From Balanoglossus misakiensis (Eukaryota > Animalia > Hemichordata), in NCBI GenBank assembly GCA_040954595.2, contig CM082592.2, positions 1,550,001 to 1,614,000 of the forward strand: DNA of 64,000 nt, read 5' to 3'. Positions 51,001-62,862 of the stretch are shown here, piece by piece (position 1 is the stretch's first letter; the number at the start of each line of letters is the position of its first letter). The translations under genes and the position numbers were made by a program. The notes below the pieces were generated by a model that was given only the letters and a program-made list of their open reading frames with translations, ran no database searches and was not told the origin of the DNA.

Positions 51001-54000
51001 GTTTTCACAGTTTGTTATGTATAGTGGTCTTTATGGAGTTTAGAATGTTATTCCTTCCATCCGTGGCATTTGCCATAGACCTCAGCAGTCTATTTAAAAC
51101 CAGCAAACTATCTCTACTCTTGGAGGAAAACACAAACGACCCCTTTCTCACCATTATGAAAAGCTTCACAAAGACAAAGTATGTTGCAGTTAAAAGACTG
51201 AAAATGACTATAGAAAAATATGACTTGCATAGACAGACTGATAAATGCCCAATCAGTTACTATGCCCAGACTGGACAAAAGCCTTTCACTGTCACTCTGC
51301 ACAGACAGCCCAGACAAATGCCAGTTCACACACACACACCCTGCAAAGACTAGACTAAATATCAGTTCACAAAAACTCTGCACAGTGCAGACTACACAAT
51401 TGTCAGTCAAACTAAAACCACACAGACTACTCCTACACAGACTGGAAAATGCCTGTTCAGTAACACTCAAACAATAACAGTTAATGAAATTTACCTTTTT
51501 AAATTTTATTGTCAAATAAATACAATATAATATATAAAAGGTAACAACTGAGGAAAGCAAGATTAATAAAGGAAACTCTTGAATGCAAAAAAGTGTGGGA
51601 ACTGGCCACCAACCACACTACAGGCAGTAAAACACCGATCGATCAGCACACTGACGCACTTCTTTCTTCGTTGTCTCCTGAAAGACAAAGAAACAAACTG
51701 TAAGGCGTACGATAATTATTGGTGAAGGTCTCAACAAGAGATTTGAGAAACACTTGCTCCGGCTTCCACACACACACGACACTGCTGCAACAGTGCACGC
51801 CAAGCAAGGAATGATGCTGCCCGGGAAACTTTCCCTCCGGCGCGCTTACTTAAAGGGACAAAGTCTCTCTCACTGCCCTTTTTCCACTAGTTATGTTTGA
51901 TACAAGACACTGTTTATGTTAATGTACATGTGGATATATAGTAAATCTACATTCGACCACACACAACTTCCATCCCACTTGTAAGATATGAGAGTAAAAA
52001 CTCGCCCAAAATGAATAAATCGTAAAGAACGATTATTCATTTTGGGGAGTTTTTTCACTCTCCTGTCTATAAGAGGGATGGAAGTTGTGTGTGGTTGAAC
52101 GTTGATTCACTATATATCCACATGTAGAATAACAAACGGTGTCTTGTATCAAATATAATTAATGGAAAAAAAGGCAGCTAGAGAGAGACTTTGTCCGTTT
52201 AAGGTCTACGGTGACGTCTGGACACCTACTGTCCCATCATTGCGCCAAAAATCATGTCCAATCAGAGCTCTCAGCAAGAAAATTACGAAATTGGACCGGG
52301 ACATAATGATCTAAAATAGCTTGCCACAGTCGCGCATTCGCTACTTCCGGGTATGGATTCCTTCCGCCGCCATGTTAGAACACGGTACATACACACACTC
52401 AGTAAACAGGCGTTCGCAATTTTTCCGGACCTTGAGCAGACTAAAAATACGCAAATTTCGATAAAACAATAATCAACTCAACGATTTATGTCAATTTTCG
52501 ATTTTTAAAAACCGGCACTTAGACGCGGGGCAGTGTTGAAAATCACGGAAAAATCGTGAAAGTCCGTACGGGCACACCACTCGAAACGCGTATAACCTAA
52601 TTCTTTGGACTAACAATAGCGTGAAATATGATAGAAACAGCAACTTACCGGGTATACGTCAGTTTCGGGATGAGAATAATTCTTCTAACGCAGTATTAAG
52701 CTGGAAAAGTGAGATTATCGGTACCTCGGGAAAAAATCCTAACGGACACATACTTAAGCACGGGGGCGCTGTTCATTTGAAATGATTTTATGCAAATGCA
52801 TGTAAATTAGGTACCCTGAAATCAGACTGATACGATCGCTTCGCGATGGGCTGCAGTAACTGTATGGAGTTATGGAGTTCTTCCATACAGTTACTGCAGC
52901 CCCATCGCGAAGCGATCGTATCGCGTGCCTTTGGTTGTAGGTAAATATCCTGATGTTTATTTGTTTCAATTTCAGTAAAAATGTTTGAGGAAGGGTGTCA
53001 TGCCAAGTGTTTGTGTTATCGTTTCATGAAAAAGAATGAACCACCTCATAGATTGATGGTAAGTTATTGTAGTACTACTAGTCCATTGCTCTCGGTCGTA
53101 GTTGTTCACGTCTATTTCATGCGTTCTCACGCAAATATTTTATGCAAATATTAATCACGTAGAACCCATTAGACTACGGTCACTCCACACATAACAAAGC
53201 AAATTGGGCTTCAGAATCATTTCCTTGATATAAACACAAGGATTTGCTACTTTGTGTGTGTACAAATGAGTAATGGGTATTTGGATCAAACCATTGAATA
53301 AAAAGGGAACAGCTGTGAAACATTACTGGTTACCAACTTTTTTTCAATTTGATATTACAGATAAGTTTGTTGAATGACAAATCAATCAGGCAACACCAGT
53401 GTTCGTGTACAGCAGGCAAAGGTATGTGCAATCACATATCTGCTATGCTGTACCAGATTGCCCATTACAAGACCATGGGACTAAAATCTATACCTGAAAT
53501 AGTGTGCAAAACTTCGGCACCTCAACAATGGCATATACCACCTAGGACTCATGGCATCAAACCAAGGGATGTATCCAGCGTGAAGTTCATCAAGCCCAAG
53601 TCCGAAGGTTCTAATTCATGTATAAAGAGTACGCTCTATAATCCCGTAAACAGTGACTTTCCTGATTTTAATTTAATGTCTAATTTGCATAAATCTTTAT
53701 CAGTGTCACACAAATCAGCTCAAATTTTTCAAGTTCTTCCTGACAGCTTTGACAACTTACAAATGACAGCTACATCATATGGTAATGTAATAACAGGCAG
53801 TGTGCTTTCTTACCAATTGCCAAAACCACAATCTGATGGATCAGTAATTAAACTCCCCCAACTTGTATCTTGTCCAAAATTGCCCCTGAATAATTATCAT
53901 ATCCAGTTTGATTATAATGTCGTTCTTAGTGCTCCCCAACAGCAGTATTTTCAAGGTATTCAATTATCTTTGGAAGAGTGCCATGAAATTGAAATGCTGA

Positions 54001-54593
54001 CAAGAAAGCAAAGTGAATGCCCTGAGTGGCATAAACTGAGAAAGTCTCGCATCACTTCGTCCCACTTCAAAGATGTAGTGTGCCGTGTCAAAGACTTTGA
54101 CACATTAGCCGACAGACTGACATCAACGAAAAACATACAGACAGCAGCCATGAAATATGGATTAGAGCATGAAGCTCGGGCAGCATTAGATTATGCAAAC
54201 GTTACAAATGTAAATGTGTATTTATGTGGCTTTTTAATTCATCCTTGTATTCCTTTCTTGGGTTCAACCCCAGATAGAATTGTATATGATCCAAGTCAAC
54301 CTTCACCTTTTGGGACACTTGAAATTAAATGTCCTGTCAAATCATCTTACACAGAATGTACTTACCTAAAGTGTGTTGGGGGAGTGTACAAGCTAAAGAA
54401 ATCGCATCAGTACTACTACCAGGTAATGGGGCAAATGGGACTTTCAGGTTTACCATGGGGGGATTTTGTGGTTTGGGCAACTGATGACATCCACATTGAA
54501 CGAATTTATTTTGACACCACTCTTTGGAATGAAATGTTAAATAAACTGACAAAATTTTATTTTGAAAATCACATATTGAAATTGGTGTCATAA
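48070..54593 (+). CDS. SWIM zinc finger plus YqaJ/lambda-exonuclease-family protein, 3 exons (48070-48265, 52976-53058, 53361-54593)
   Basis: GT-AG junctions keep frame (HDMK-IKMF...HRLM-ISLL). Motifs CSCTAGKGMCNH, RITSSHF, MKYGLEHE, GSTPDRI, LEIKCP and YYYQVMGQM. Confidence 0.85.
48471..49648 (+). mobile_element. 5'-truncated L1/Tx1-like LINE (C-terminal ORF2 with zinc finger)
   Basis: ORFs 48488-49456 with CEICKCTDDCMHFLFDC, AATAAA at 49614, a poly(A) tail and a 15-bp TSD aaacg(a/c)cgacaacaa (48456-48470, 49646-49660). Confidence 0.88.
51854..52198. mobile_element. Fold-back MITE with TTAA TSD (Kolobok-like)
   Basis: The whole element is an imperfect palindrome centred near 52025, with TTAA at 51850-51853 and 52199-52202. 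Confidence 0.78.
52829..52922. repeat. Near-perfect 40-bp-stem hairpin, possible miniature MITE
   Basis: gatacgatcgcttcgcgatgggctgcagtaactgtatgga and its reverse complement, with one bulge. Confidence 0.8.
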
Positions 54594-55200
54594 TGATTTG
54601 GGGTGCATCCTGCTTTGGATCTGCTTTGGATTTCATTGGGATGTGGACAGATTTTCAGGCTGCATTCTTCTGTAATAAGTGTTATTTCTAACATGATACA
54701 TGTGTGTGATAGTGAGTTTAAGGCTGAAGAACTAAGTTCTCATAGAAATAAATGTGATGCACTGACAAGATGCAAGTTTGTTGTGTGTTTTTTAACCATG
54801 AATGTCAATACATGATGTTGTTACCATTAATATTGATGTAAAGTATAGTTCCAGGACTAGAAAATCTGGTATATTTCAGATACCTAAGAAAAATTGAAGA
54901 AAACTAATATTACATTTTTAAAGATGTTTCTTTAATGCATTATTCATTTCAACTTACTATTACATTTTTGGCACATATCAACAACGTGAGTTCATCATGT
55001 GGAAAAATCTATTCATGTAATACTGATCACTGTTGATATAAAAAAAATTAAAAAGTCAAATGTGACAGGCCCCTTCATCATGACTTCTCTTTTAAGGGAA
55101 TTAGCTGCTGAGAAATACCACTCACTGGATCAATGTACACAGTAACATATATAGAGGTGTCACAATACAAGTGCTGCGCTGTCGTCAGGAGTAGATTCCA

Positions 55201-56010
55201 GACTCCAGAACAAATCCAGAACTGCACACAGAACTCCAAATTTATAGTCAATTCGTTACTAAAAATAAGTATCATGACATCATAAAAAATATGATGTAAC
55301 TTCCTAAAATTAACCATTCCAAAAACTTCTAAAACTTCATGAATGTTCTAACAAAGTCTTACCAATTCCACCTTGACATTCGAATGACCTAGAACTTTCC
55401 AAGTATTTCAGGAATATGTATAACAATGAAATGACAATGTCTTGTGTCAAGAGGTTACATCTTAAGACATAACTTTAAAATGCAAAATATCTTACAGGAA
55501 GTGAAATCTGATTCGTTCTGAAGTATGACCAAATGCCTGAATGTTTTAGAGATATTTATCCATCTACACGTGTTATGGCTGATTAGATAAGAAGTTCAAA
55601 ACAGGAGTAGATTCGCAGACCGCCACAACGTAGTGACCTCCAGGTTCTTTTACATTGGTTGGTGTAACACTGAAGGAAACACACAGGATATCGCAATAGC
55701 AAGTCTTCACTGTGAAAACACCAGTGAACTTATATTCACTCTGCTGGTACAATCGCTCAACGCGACTCCAGAACAAATCCAGAACTGCACACAGAACTCC
55801 AAATTTATAGTCAATTCGTTACTAAAAATAAGTATCATGACATCATAAAAAATATGATGTAACTTTCTAAAATTAACCATTCCAGAAACTTCTAAAACTT
55901 CATGAATGTTCGAACAAAGTCTTACCAATTCCACTTTGACATTCGAATGACCTTAGAACTTTCCAAGTATTTCCGGAATATGTATAACAATGAAATGACA
56001 ATGTCTTGTG
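55201..56010. repeat. Direct repeat of about 245 bp (55201-55447, 55764-56010) between the convergent ISL2EU genes
   Basis: gactccagaacaaatccagaac...aatgacaatgtcttgtg occurs twice. Confidence 0.85.
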
Positions 56011-56039
56011 ACACTTAGATATGATAATGGTACTGTACA

Positions 56040-58165
56040 TTAGAACAATGGCCCTTTAAATAATGTGAGTAAACAACACACGGTCCAAATTTGTGTTGCT
56101 GAACCAGCCAGACTAAGAGGTAAAACAGAATCAAAAATGTGATATTCTTTGACTCGTCTAATGGCACGCTCCACATGGATTCTTACGCGAGCAATCTCTT
56201 GAGTTTCCTCCACTTCACCTGTGGTGAACTGCCCTCTTGTAGCAGTGAGGAAAGGTGGTATATTAAGAGTTGCGTTCCGTGTACACAAGAGATCCTGAAT
56301 GACAAAACCCTTGTCTGGCATCACGCTGTCCCCTGGCTCACACAAATCAATAATGCCACTTTGTTTAGTGATTTCTTTATCAGAAATCGACCCTGCATAT
56401 AGCCCTGACACAAAACTTGGACACCCTGAAGGGGTAATACCAACAAGACCTTTAAAAGTCGTCGTGCTCTTATAGTTGGAATAAAATTCAGAATTAAGAC
56501 TCAGAGAGGAAGGTGTTTGCACTTTCACTTCTGTGCAGTCTAAAATAACACGTGTAGATGGATAAATATCTCTAAAACATTCAGGCATACATTGATCAAT
56601 CTTAGCCCTACTTGGCCATATGGGAAGCGAACCCAGCTGAAAATAAAGAAAATTACTCCAGGTAATAATTGTACGACTTACTGTAGACTGAGATATGTTA
56701 AATCGTACAGCAATATCTTGCTGAAACAAACCCAATCTCACTTTCACTAGAAATAAAAAGAACTGGTCAATAAGTGGCAGACTTTCCTGGCGAAATGAAA
56801 CATCAGTGAGAATGTTGTCACTACTGCCACTCCTTTGTCTTTGTATTTGTGTCCATCTCGTCATTTTCTCTGCTGGTGGTTTCAACTGCTCAAAGACATC
56901 AAGCAGCAACTCATAAGTTTCAAATCCTGTGTAAAATTTAATCATTTGTGGATCATTGGAAAATCTCTGAGCACAAAATTTATGGATGGATAACACACTT
57001 ATTTTTTTTTCAAGTTCCTCAATGTAAGTTGCTGCTTGTTGAAGCCTCTCCTCAGTAGTTGACAGGTAGTCATGGTCAGTAGCACTAGCTTGATGTGTAC
57101 ATATATGCCTTTCAGGTTCACCATCACTGTCTCTTTCATCGTTCACCCTAAAAAAAGAAATTAAAAAAAAAGAGTTAAAGAGAAAAAGATAACACTTTAG
57201 CTTGTCTACCTGGGCTATAATTCATTTTAGCCTCACATAATGCACGTTTGAACAAACAGACAGCGTTGAGAATATCATGTTTTTAAACACAGGTGACAGA
57301 TGAGTGACAGCTATCAAATTTTATGGGCAAAAAAAAAAGTTTAAAATTTCTCTGAGTCTATGATGAAACATAAACCTACCTGTCACTTCTTGCATCTGGA
57401 CTTACTAGTTGTCGTTTTCTTGGTGGTTTACGAATGGGAATGTCCTTTGTCCAACTGAATACTGTAGGTACAGCATTTTTGACCAAACATCTCATCCCTG
57501 TCAAGGTTCTCGTACAATCTTCTGGTTTGAAATGAACTGAGCATACTTTGGTATGTGGTTTGATCTACAAAAAGAAAGAAAGAAAACACAGCTGTTAACT
57601 CCAGCCTTGTTCAAGGAAACAACACCACAGCCATGCTGGAGCTTGAACACATGATCAGCGATACACCAGCCCAACACCAAGGCTACAATCATTGCAGCTA
57701 CCTGTGCGCTTGTAGTACATGTACATTTTGAAACCATACAAATCCCACAAACATATGACCAAAAACAACCAGTTTATTCAGCAACTTCGACCCTCGCGCT
57801 ACCAACAAAGAAGACAAATCTTGTTTTCCTTCCAAAACGATTAGAAGAAAAGGCGTAAATGACTGACAATACTAGTATCGTGACAGTGATAAACAACACC
57901 GAAGTTGCGCTGCGCGTACGACAGTCAACGATGATATGTACGGACAAAATGTCGTTCACAACTCCATCACAGTCGCGCCAAAACTTAAAATCGTGAAAAA
58001 AGCAAGACTTACCTGGAAATTTGGGCCAACATCACGGCGAATAGCTACAATCCACTGTTTCCGAGTAAATGTGTCTGATGGGAAACTGTGGAACGATACT
58101 TCCGGGTCCTTTGTGTATCTTGAATCATTTGCGCACAGCGGAACACAACAATGGTACGCCGCCAT
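56040..58165 (-). CDS. THAP-domain, HTH, DDE_Tnp_4-type transposase, 3 exons (58165-58013, 57564-57380, 57147-56040)
   Basis: THAP C2CH motif CCVPLC...W...VCSVHF...AVPTVF spans exons 1-2. Splice phases are consistent. Catalytic ILDCTE, DKGF and HVERAI are present. Confidence 0.9.
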
Positions 58166-58797
58166 ATTAATATTAATGACCTGGGAGGGGTTTGCGTTAA
58201 GAGCCTCGTTTTGGTTTCAAGATGGATGACGCGTGAATACGGAGTATAATACGAAATAGCAAAAAGCATTAATCGAATTATTTAGTTTTGGCGGGGATCT
58301 CACCCCATACGCTTGCGGTTTAATTTGGAAACTTTTAAAAAAATCATACGCCACCGTCTTGATGACTAGCCCCTATTGTAATAATGGTATCGCCATGTTT
58401 CGCTGTTTCGCAAAGTATAACTAGCCCAGCTGTTGTAGGTCTGCTTCTAAAAAAATAATGTAATGCACACTCACAAGTGCACAAGTAGTAGTTGAATATG
58501 ACTGACATGGTGACAAAAATATGTCGCCTCTCCCCATACAAATTTATGCTAACCCGTAACTCTTTTCTGACAGAGAATTACGTCATTCCCACTCCTGTTT
58601 CAGTACAATAACGATGATAAAATGTCCTACCATTATGTAGCTGTGTTCAATGACTGTGTCATGACTGTACACATGGATACCCCCTAGTGAATGCTAATAA
58701 AATGTTATCTCATCCCTAGCTCTGTTCAATGATTGTAAATAAATATGTCAATTTCACCCCTAGCTCTGATGCTGGTACACTAAATGCGACATTAACA

Positions 58798-59123
58798 CTA
58801 GAGGACGTGTACTGATCTGCAGTGAACAGATCCCGTGAGGAGTACGGTGCCCAGAGTACGTGTCCTAAAGAGAGAATTTCGCAAGATGATTTTCGGTGCG
58901 GCCTAGCCTAGCCTCACGTATGTTCTATGCGTCAACTGAGTTGTGCGCATGCGTATGACGGAACAAGAATTTCCCTGAGATCATATGCTAATTAGGCTAG
59001 CAACGAACGTTAGCAACGGTGACCCCCTTCATTTTAGCCAATAAAAAATCACGTTTCTCTCGGGGTTAGGGTTATATGAATTAATAATTAGATCCGATCA
59101 CGTCTCGAGGAATCTTAACTAGT
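58798..59123 (-). mobile_element. Possible short non-autonomous Helitron
   Basis: The minus strand ends in a gatctg...cagatc hairpin about 12 nt before CTAG followed by T. The 5' end is uncertain. Confidence 0.4.
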
Positions 59124-59364
59124 GGAGCGGCCAAACCCCAATTTTCATCGCGATTGTGTATTTTGTGATAAAAGCACCAAACTTGGCTCAGATGTGTGTT
59201 ACTGTGTATTTAGCAAATTCAGATAGCGAGCCACTTAATATCTGTTAACGGGTAGCCATGGCAACCATTTTTCAAAATGGCCGCCACTACATTAATCTTT
59301 CCCACAAAATAACGACTAAAGAACACCAAGGTATATGGCAAGCCTCAGGGGTCTTAAGTATAGC

Positions 59365-59926
59365 AATAGTAGTATATAATGTTGAAGTAGTACGATTATA
59401 TTTTGATTCGTTAATATATTATATATAAATAGTAGTATATAATGTTGAAGTAGTACGATTATATTTTGATTCGTTAATATATTATAAATAAATAGTAGTA
59501 TATAATGTTGAAGTAGTACGATAATATTTTGATTCGTTAATATATTATAAATAAATAGTAGTATATAATGTTGAAGTAGTACGATTATATTTTGATTCGT
59601 TAATATATTATAAATAAATAGTAGTATATAATGTTAAAGTAGTACGATTATATTTTGATTCGTTAATATATTATAAATAAATAGTAGTATATAATGTTGA
59701 AGTAGTACGATTATATTTTGATTCGTTAATATATTATAAATAAATAGTAGTATATAATGTTGAAGTAGTACGATTATATTTTGATTCGTTAATATATTAT
59801 AAATAAATAGTAGTATATAATGTTGAAGTAGTACGATTATATTTTGATTCGTTAATATATTATAAATAAATAGTAGTATATAATGTTGAAGTAGTACGAT
59901 TATATTTTGATTCGTTAATATATTAT
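59365..59926. repeat. 63-bp AT-rich tandem repeat, about 9 copies (left arm)
   Basis: aatagtagtatataatgttgaagtagtacgattatattttgattcgttaatatattataaata repeated. Confidence 0.92.
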
Positions 59927-60370
59927 GATACTTTGCTAGTATTATTATTATTTACTTGTTTACACCCTTCACTTCCACCCCACCAGAGGGCGCACAATTT
60001 TTGCTGTCGGCCATTTTCCGTGTTTTCCGTTTGTTTTGTGTGTCTCAGTCGCAGTCGAATGAGATGGACATCGAGGCAATATTGCAAGAGATAAATTTGG
60101 CAATGAGCGGGTTGAAGCTGCCACCGTTCTTTCCATGACGGAAGGGGAAATAAAGAGATTGGGAGTTACAAGAGCAGGTGATCGAGTGCGACTCCGAGAC
60201 CTTTGCAAGGAAGCAACTCAGCCGTCACCGGCCTAGCTATGCGTACAGGTCTGTGTGTTCCCGGCGTTACACGGCCTCCACCACAGCCCTGCAAGGCGCC
60301 ATAGAAAAAACTGGTGCTTCTGCGGTCCGGATCCGGACTGCAAAATGGTTTAAACAATTATTCTCCTTTA

Positions 60371-61865
60371 GGGACCGTTCAGTTTTTACGGCCGGGGGGG
60401 GGGGCCGGCAAAATCCAGGGGGGGTCACTTAAATTTTGAAGTCCACAAGGGGGGGGGGGTCATCTGTTTTTTTTAAACGTTTAGGGGGGGTCACATACTT
60501 TTGCCACCAAACTTTTGCTTTTGAGTCCACAAAATTGCAGTTTCGCGCCCTTTATTTTACAAAATTTTATAATGTGGGAGGGGGACACCATTTCCCACAC
60601 CCACCCCCTACATTCTCCGCCACATTTCATTTTTTGTACCAGGGCAGAGTGCTTGCCACCCCAACCCCTTACCCCACCGATGATAATATTTAACAAAGTG
60701 AATACATAAAGGAGAATAATTGTTTAAACCATTTTGCATAACTGATAGTTTCGCGCTGCATCTTCTATATACTAGAAGTTTTATAAATGATGTCATGACG
60801 AAGATGACGCCAAATCTTCTAACTTTGAGTGGAGTGGCAAAAAGTAAAATTGGTCCTCCCAAACATTGAGATAATTTGCTTTTGAGTTCATTAAAATGTA
60901 ACTTTGGGCTACATATTTTACACAATTTTCTTACGTGGGAGGGGGTGTCCCCCTCCCACACCCACCCCCTCCATTCTTCGCCACATTGCATTTCTTCACT
61001 GGTTTGTCTAGTTTACCATGGAAGAATTCTTGCCACCACACCCCCGATGCTTACTTAGTGGAGTGGCAAAATTAAAATTTGTCCTGCCTAACATTGAGTT
61101 AATTTGCTTTTGAGTTCATTAAATTGCAACTTTGAGCACCGTATTTTACAAAATTTTCTTATGTGGGAGAGGGAAACACCCCCTCCCACACCCACCCCCG
61201 GCACTTTTCTTGTTTTTCCGATTCTAGCAACTATTGTATTGACTTGTCATTTTAATTTGTTCATAGATTTCTTTATTGCAACGATATACTATTATATACT
61301 TCAATAAAACTTTAAGAAATTTATAATTGGGGTGTCAGGAGCCTCATACCCTTTATTGCATACAGTGTACATAGGATCAGGACGGCGAATGTTTTGGGCG
61401 TGGGGGGGGGGTCATCATATTTTTGGGTCTGTCAAAGGGGGGGGGCATCATTTTTTGGTCTTGGGTGAAGGGGGGTCGGCATGATTTTGAGAACCGATGA
61501 CACAAACTTGCCGCCCCCCCCCTGCCGTAAAAACTGAACGGTCCCTTATGTATTCACTTTGTTAAATTTTATCATCGGTGGGTTTGGGGTGGCAAGCACT
61601 CTGGCCTGGTTCACTAGACAAACCAGCAAAAAATGACATGTGGCGGATAATGAAGGGGGTGGGTGTGGGAGGGGGTAAAATAAAGGGTGCGAAACTGCAA
61701 TTTTGTGGACGCAAAAGTTCGGTGGCGAAAGTATGTTACCCCCCCCCTAAACGTTTAAAAAAAACAGATGACCCCCCCCCCCTTGTGGACTTCAAAATTC
61801 AAGTGACCCCCCCCCCCCTGGATTTTGCCGCCCCCCCCCCCCGGCCGTAAAAACTGAACGGTCCC
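60371..61865. mobile_element. Harbinger-type MITE composite with G/C-run TIRs
   Basis: GGGACCGTTCAGTTTTTACGGCC ends flanked by TTA on both sides; a third terminus lies at 61545. Confidence 0.7.
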
Positions 61866-61868
61866 TTA

Positions 61869-62070
61869 CCGACTCCAAATATGATGCGATTAACTTGTCC
61901 TAACGTCCGAACCACTCGCGTTTGATTCATTTTTGTGTGTTTACATGTTGAGATCGCCATATTAAATATAAAGCTTACAGCGAGTTTATCTCCATGGGTA
62001 AACAAAAAAGTTTTAGAAAGCGAGCGGTTCGGACGTTAGGACAAGTTAATCGCATCATATTTGGAGTCGG
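61869..62070. mobile_element. MITE with roughly 50-bp TIRs and TTA TSD
   Basis: ccgactccaaatatgatgcgattaacttgtcctaacgtccgaacc and its reverse complement, with TTA at 61866-61868 and 62071-62073. Confidence 0.75.
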
Positions 62071-62552
62071 TTAGGGGGCAGAAGTAGACAGGTAAAGGAT
62101 TTTGCTTCGATAAAATCGAATTTCGGCCGAAAAAGCTGCAGTCCGGATCCGGACCGCAGAAGCACCAGTTTTTTCTATGGCGCCTTGCAGGGCTGTGGTG
62201 GAGGCTGTGTAACGCCGGGAACACACAGACCTGTACGCAGAGCTAGGCCGGTGACGGCTGAGTTGCTTCCTTGCAAAGGTCTCGGAGTCGCACTCGATCA
62301 CCTGCTCTTGTAACTCCCAATCTCTTTATTTCCCCTTCCGTCATGGAAAGAACGGTGGCAGCTTCAACCCGCTCATTGCCAAATTTATCTCCTGCAATAT
62401 TGCCTCGATGTCCATCTCATTCGACTGCGACTGAGACGCACAAAACAAACGGAAAACACGGAAAATGGCCGACAGCAAAAATTGTGCGCCCTCTGGTGAG
62501 GTGGAAGTGAAGGTTGTAAACAAGTAAATAATAATAATACTAGCAAAGTATC

Positions 62553-62862
62553 ATAATATATTAACGAATCAAAATATAATCGTACTACTTCAACATTATA
62601 TACTACTATTTATTTATAATATATTAACGAATCAAAATATAATCGTACTACTTCAACATTATATACTACTATTTATTTATAATATATTAACGAATCAAAA
62701 TATAATCGTACTACTTCAACATTATATACTACTATTTATTTATAATATATTAACGAATCAAAATATAATCGTACTACTTCAACATTATATACTACTATTT
62801 ATTTATAATATATTAACGAATCAAAATATAATCGCACTACTTCAACATTATATACTACTATT
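62553..62862. repeat. 63-bp tandem repeat, about 5 inverted copies (right arm)
   Basis: Reverse complement of the unit at 59365-59926. Confidence 0.9.

Larger units (their letters stand above)
47974..58245. mobile_element. Complete ISL2EU-type (Harbinger-related) DNA transposon
   Basis: Imperfect TIRs of about 52 bp (agaccttattcacgcgtcagccatgttgataccaaaacgaggctc / gagcctcgttttggtttcaagatggatgacgcgtgaatacggagt), AT on both flanks, and two convergent genes. Confidence 0.88.
45585..58309. mobile_element. Non-autonomous IS3EU-type element with long repetitive TIRs, carrying the ISL2EU insertion
   Basis: TATGGGGTGAGATCCCCGCC...GGCGGGGATCTCACCCCATA ends with a 6-bp TSD CGCTTG (45579-45584, 58310-58315). 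Roughly 60-bp subrepeats at 45770-46160 are mirrored at 47350-47670. Confidence 0.8.

Noticed and set aside
50600-51840. Protein-coding gene within the intron
   Set aside because: Short low-complexity ORFs with no recognisable domain; possibly a decayed retroelement, but unsupported.
53349-54593. Phage or viral recombinase insertion
   Set aside because: It is the last exon of a spliced gene inside TIRs opposite a THAP-DDE transposase, the known ISL2EU layout.
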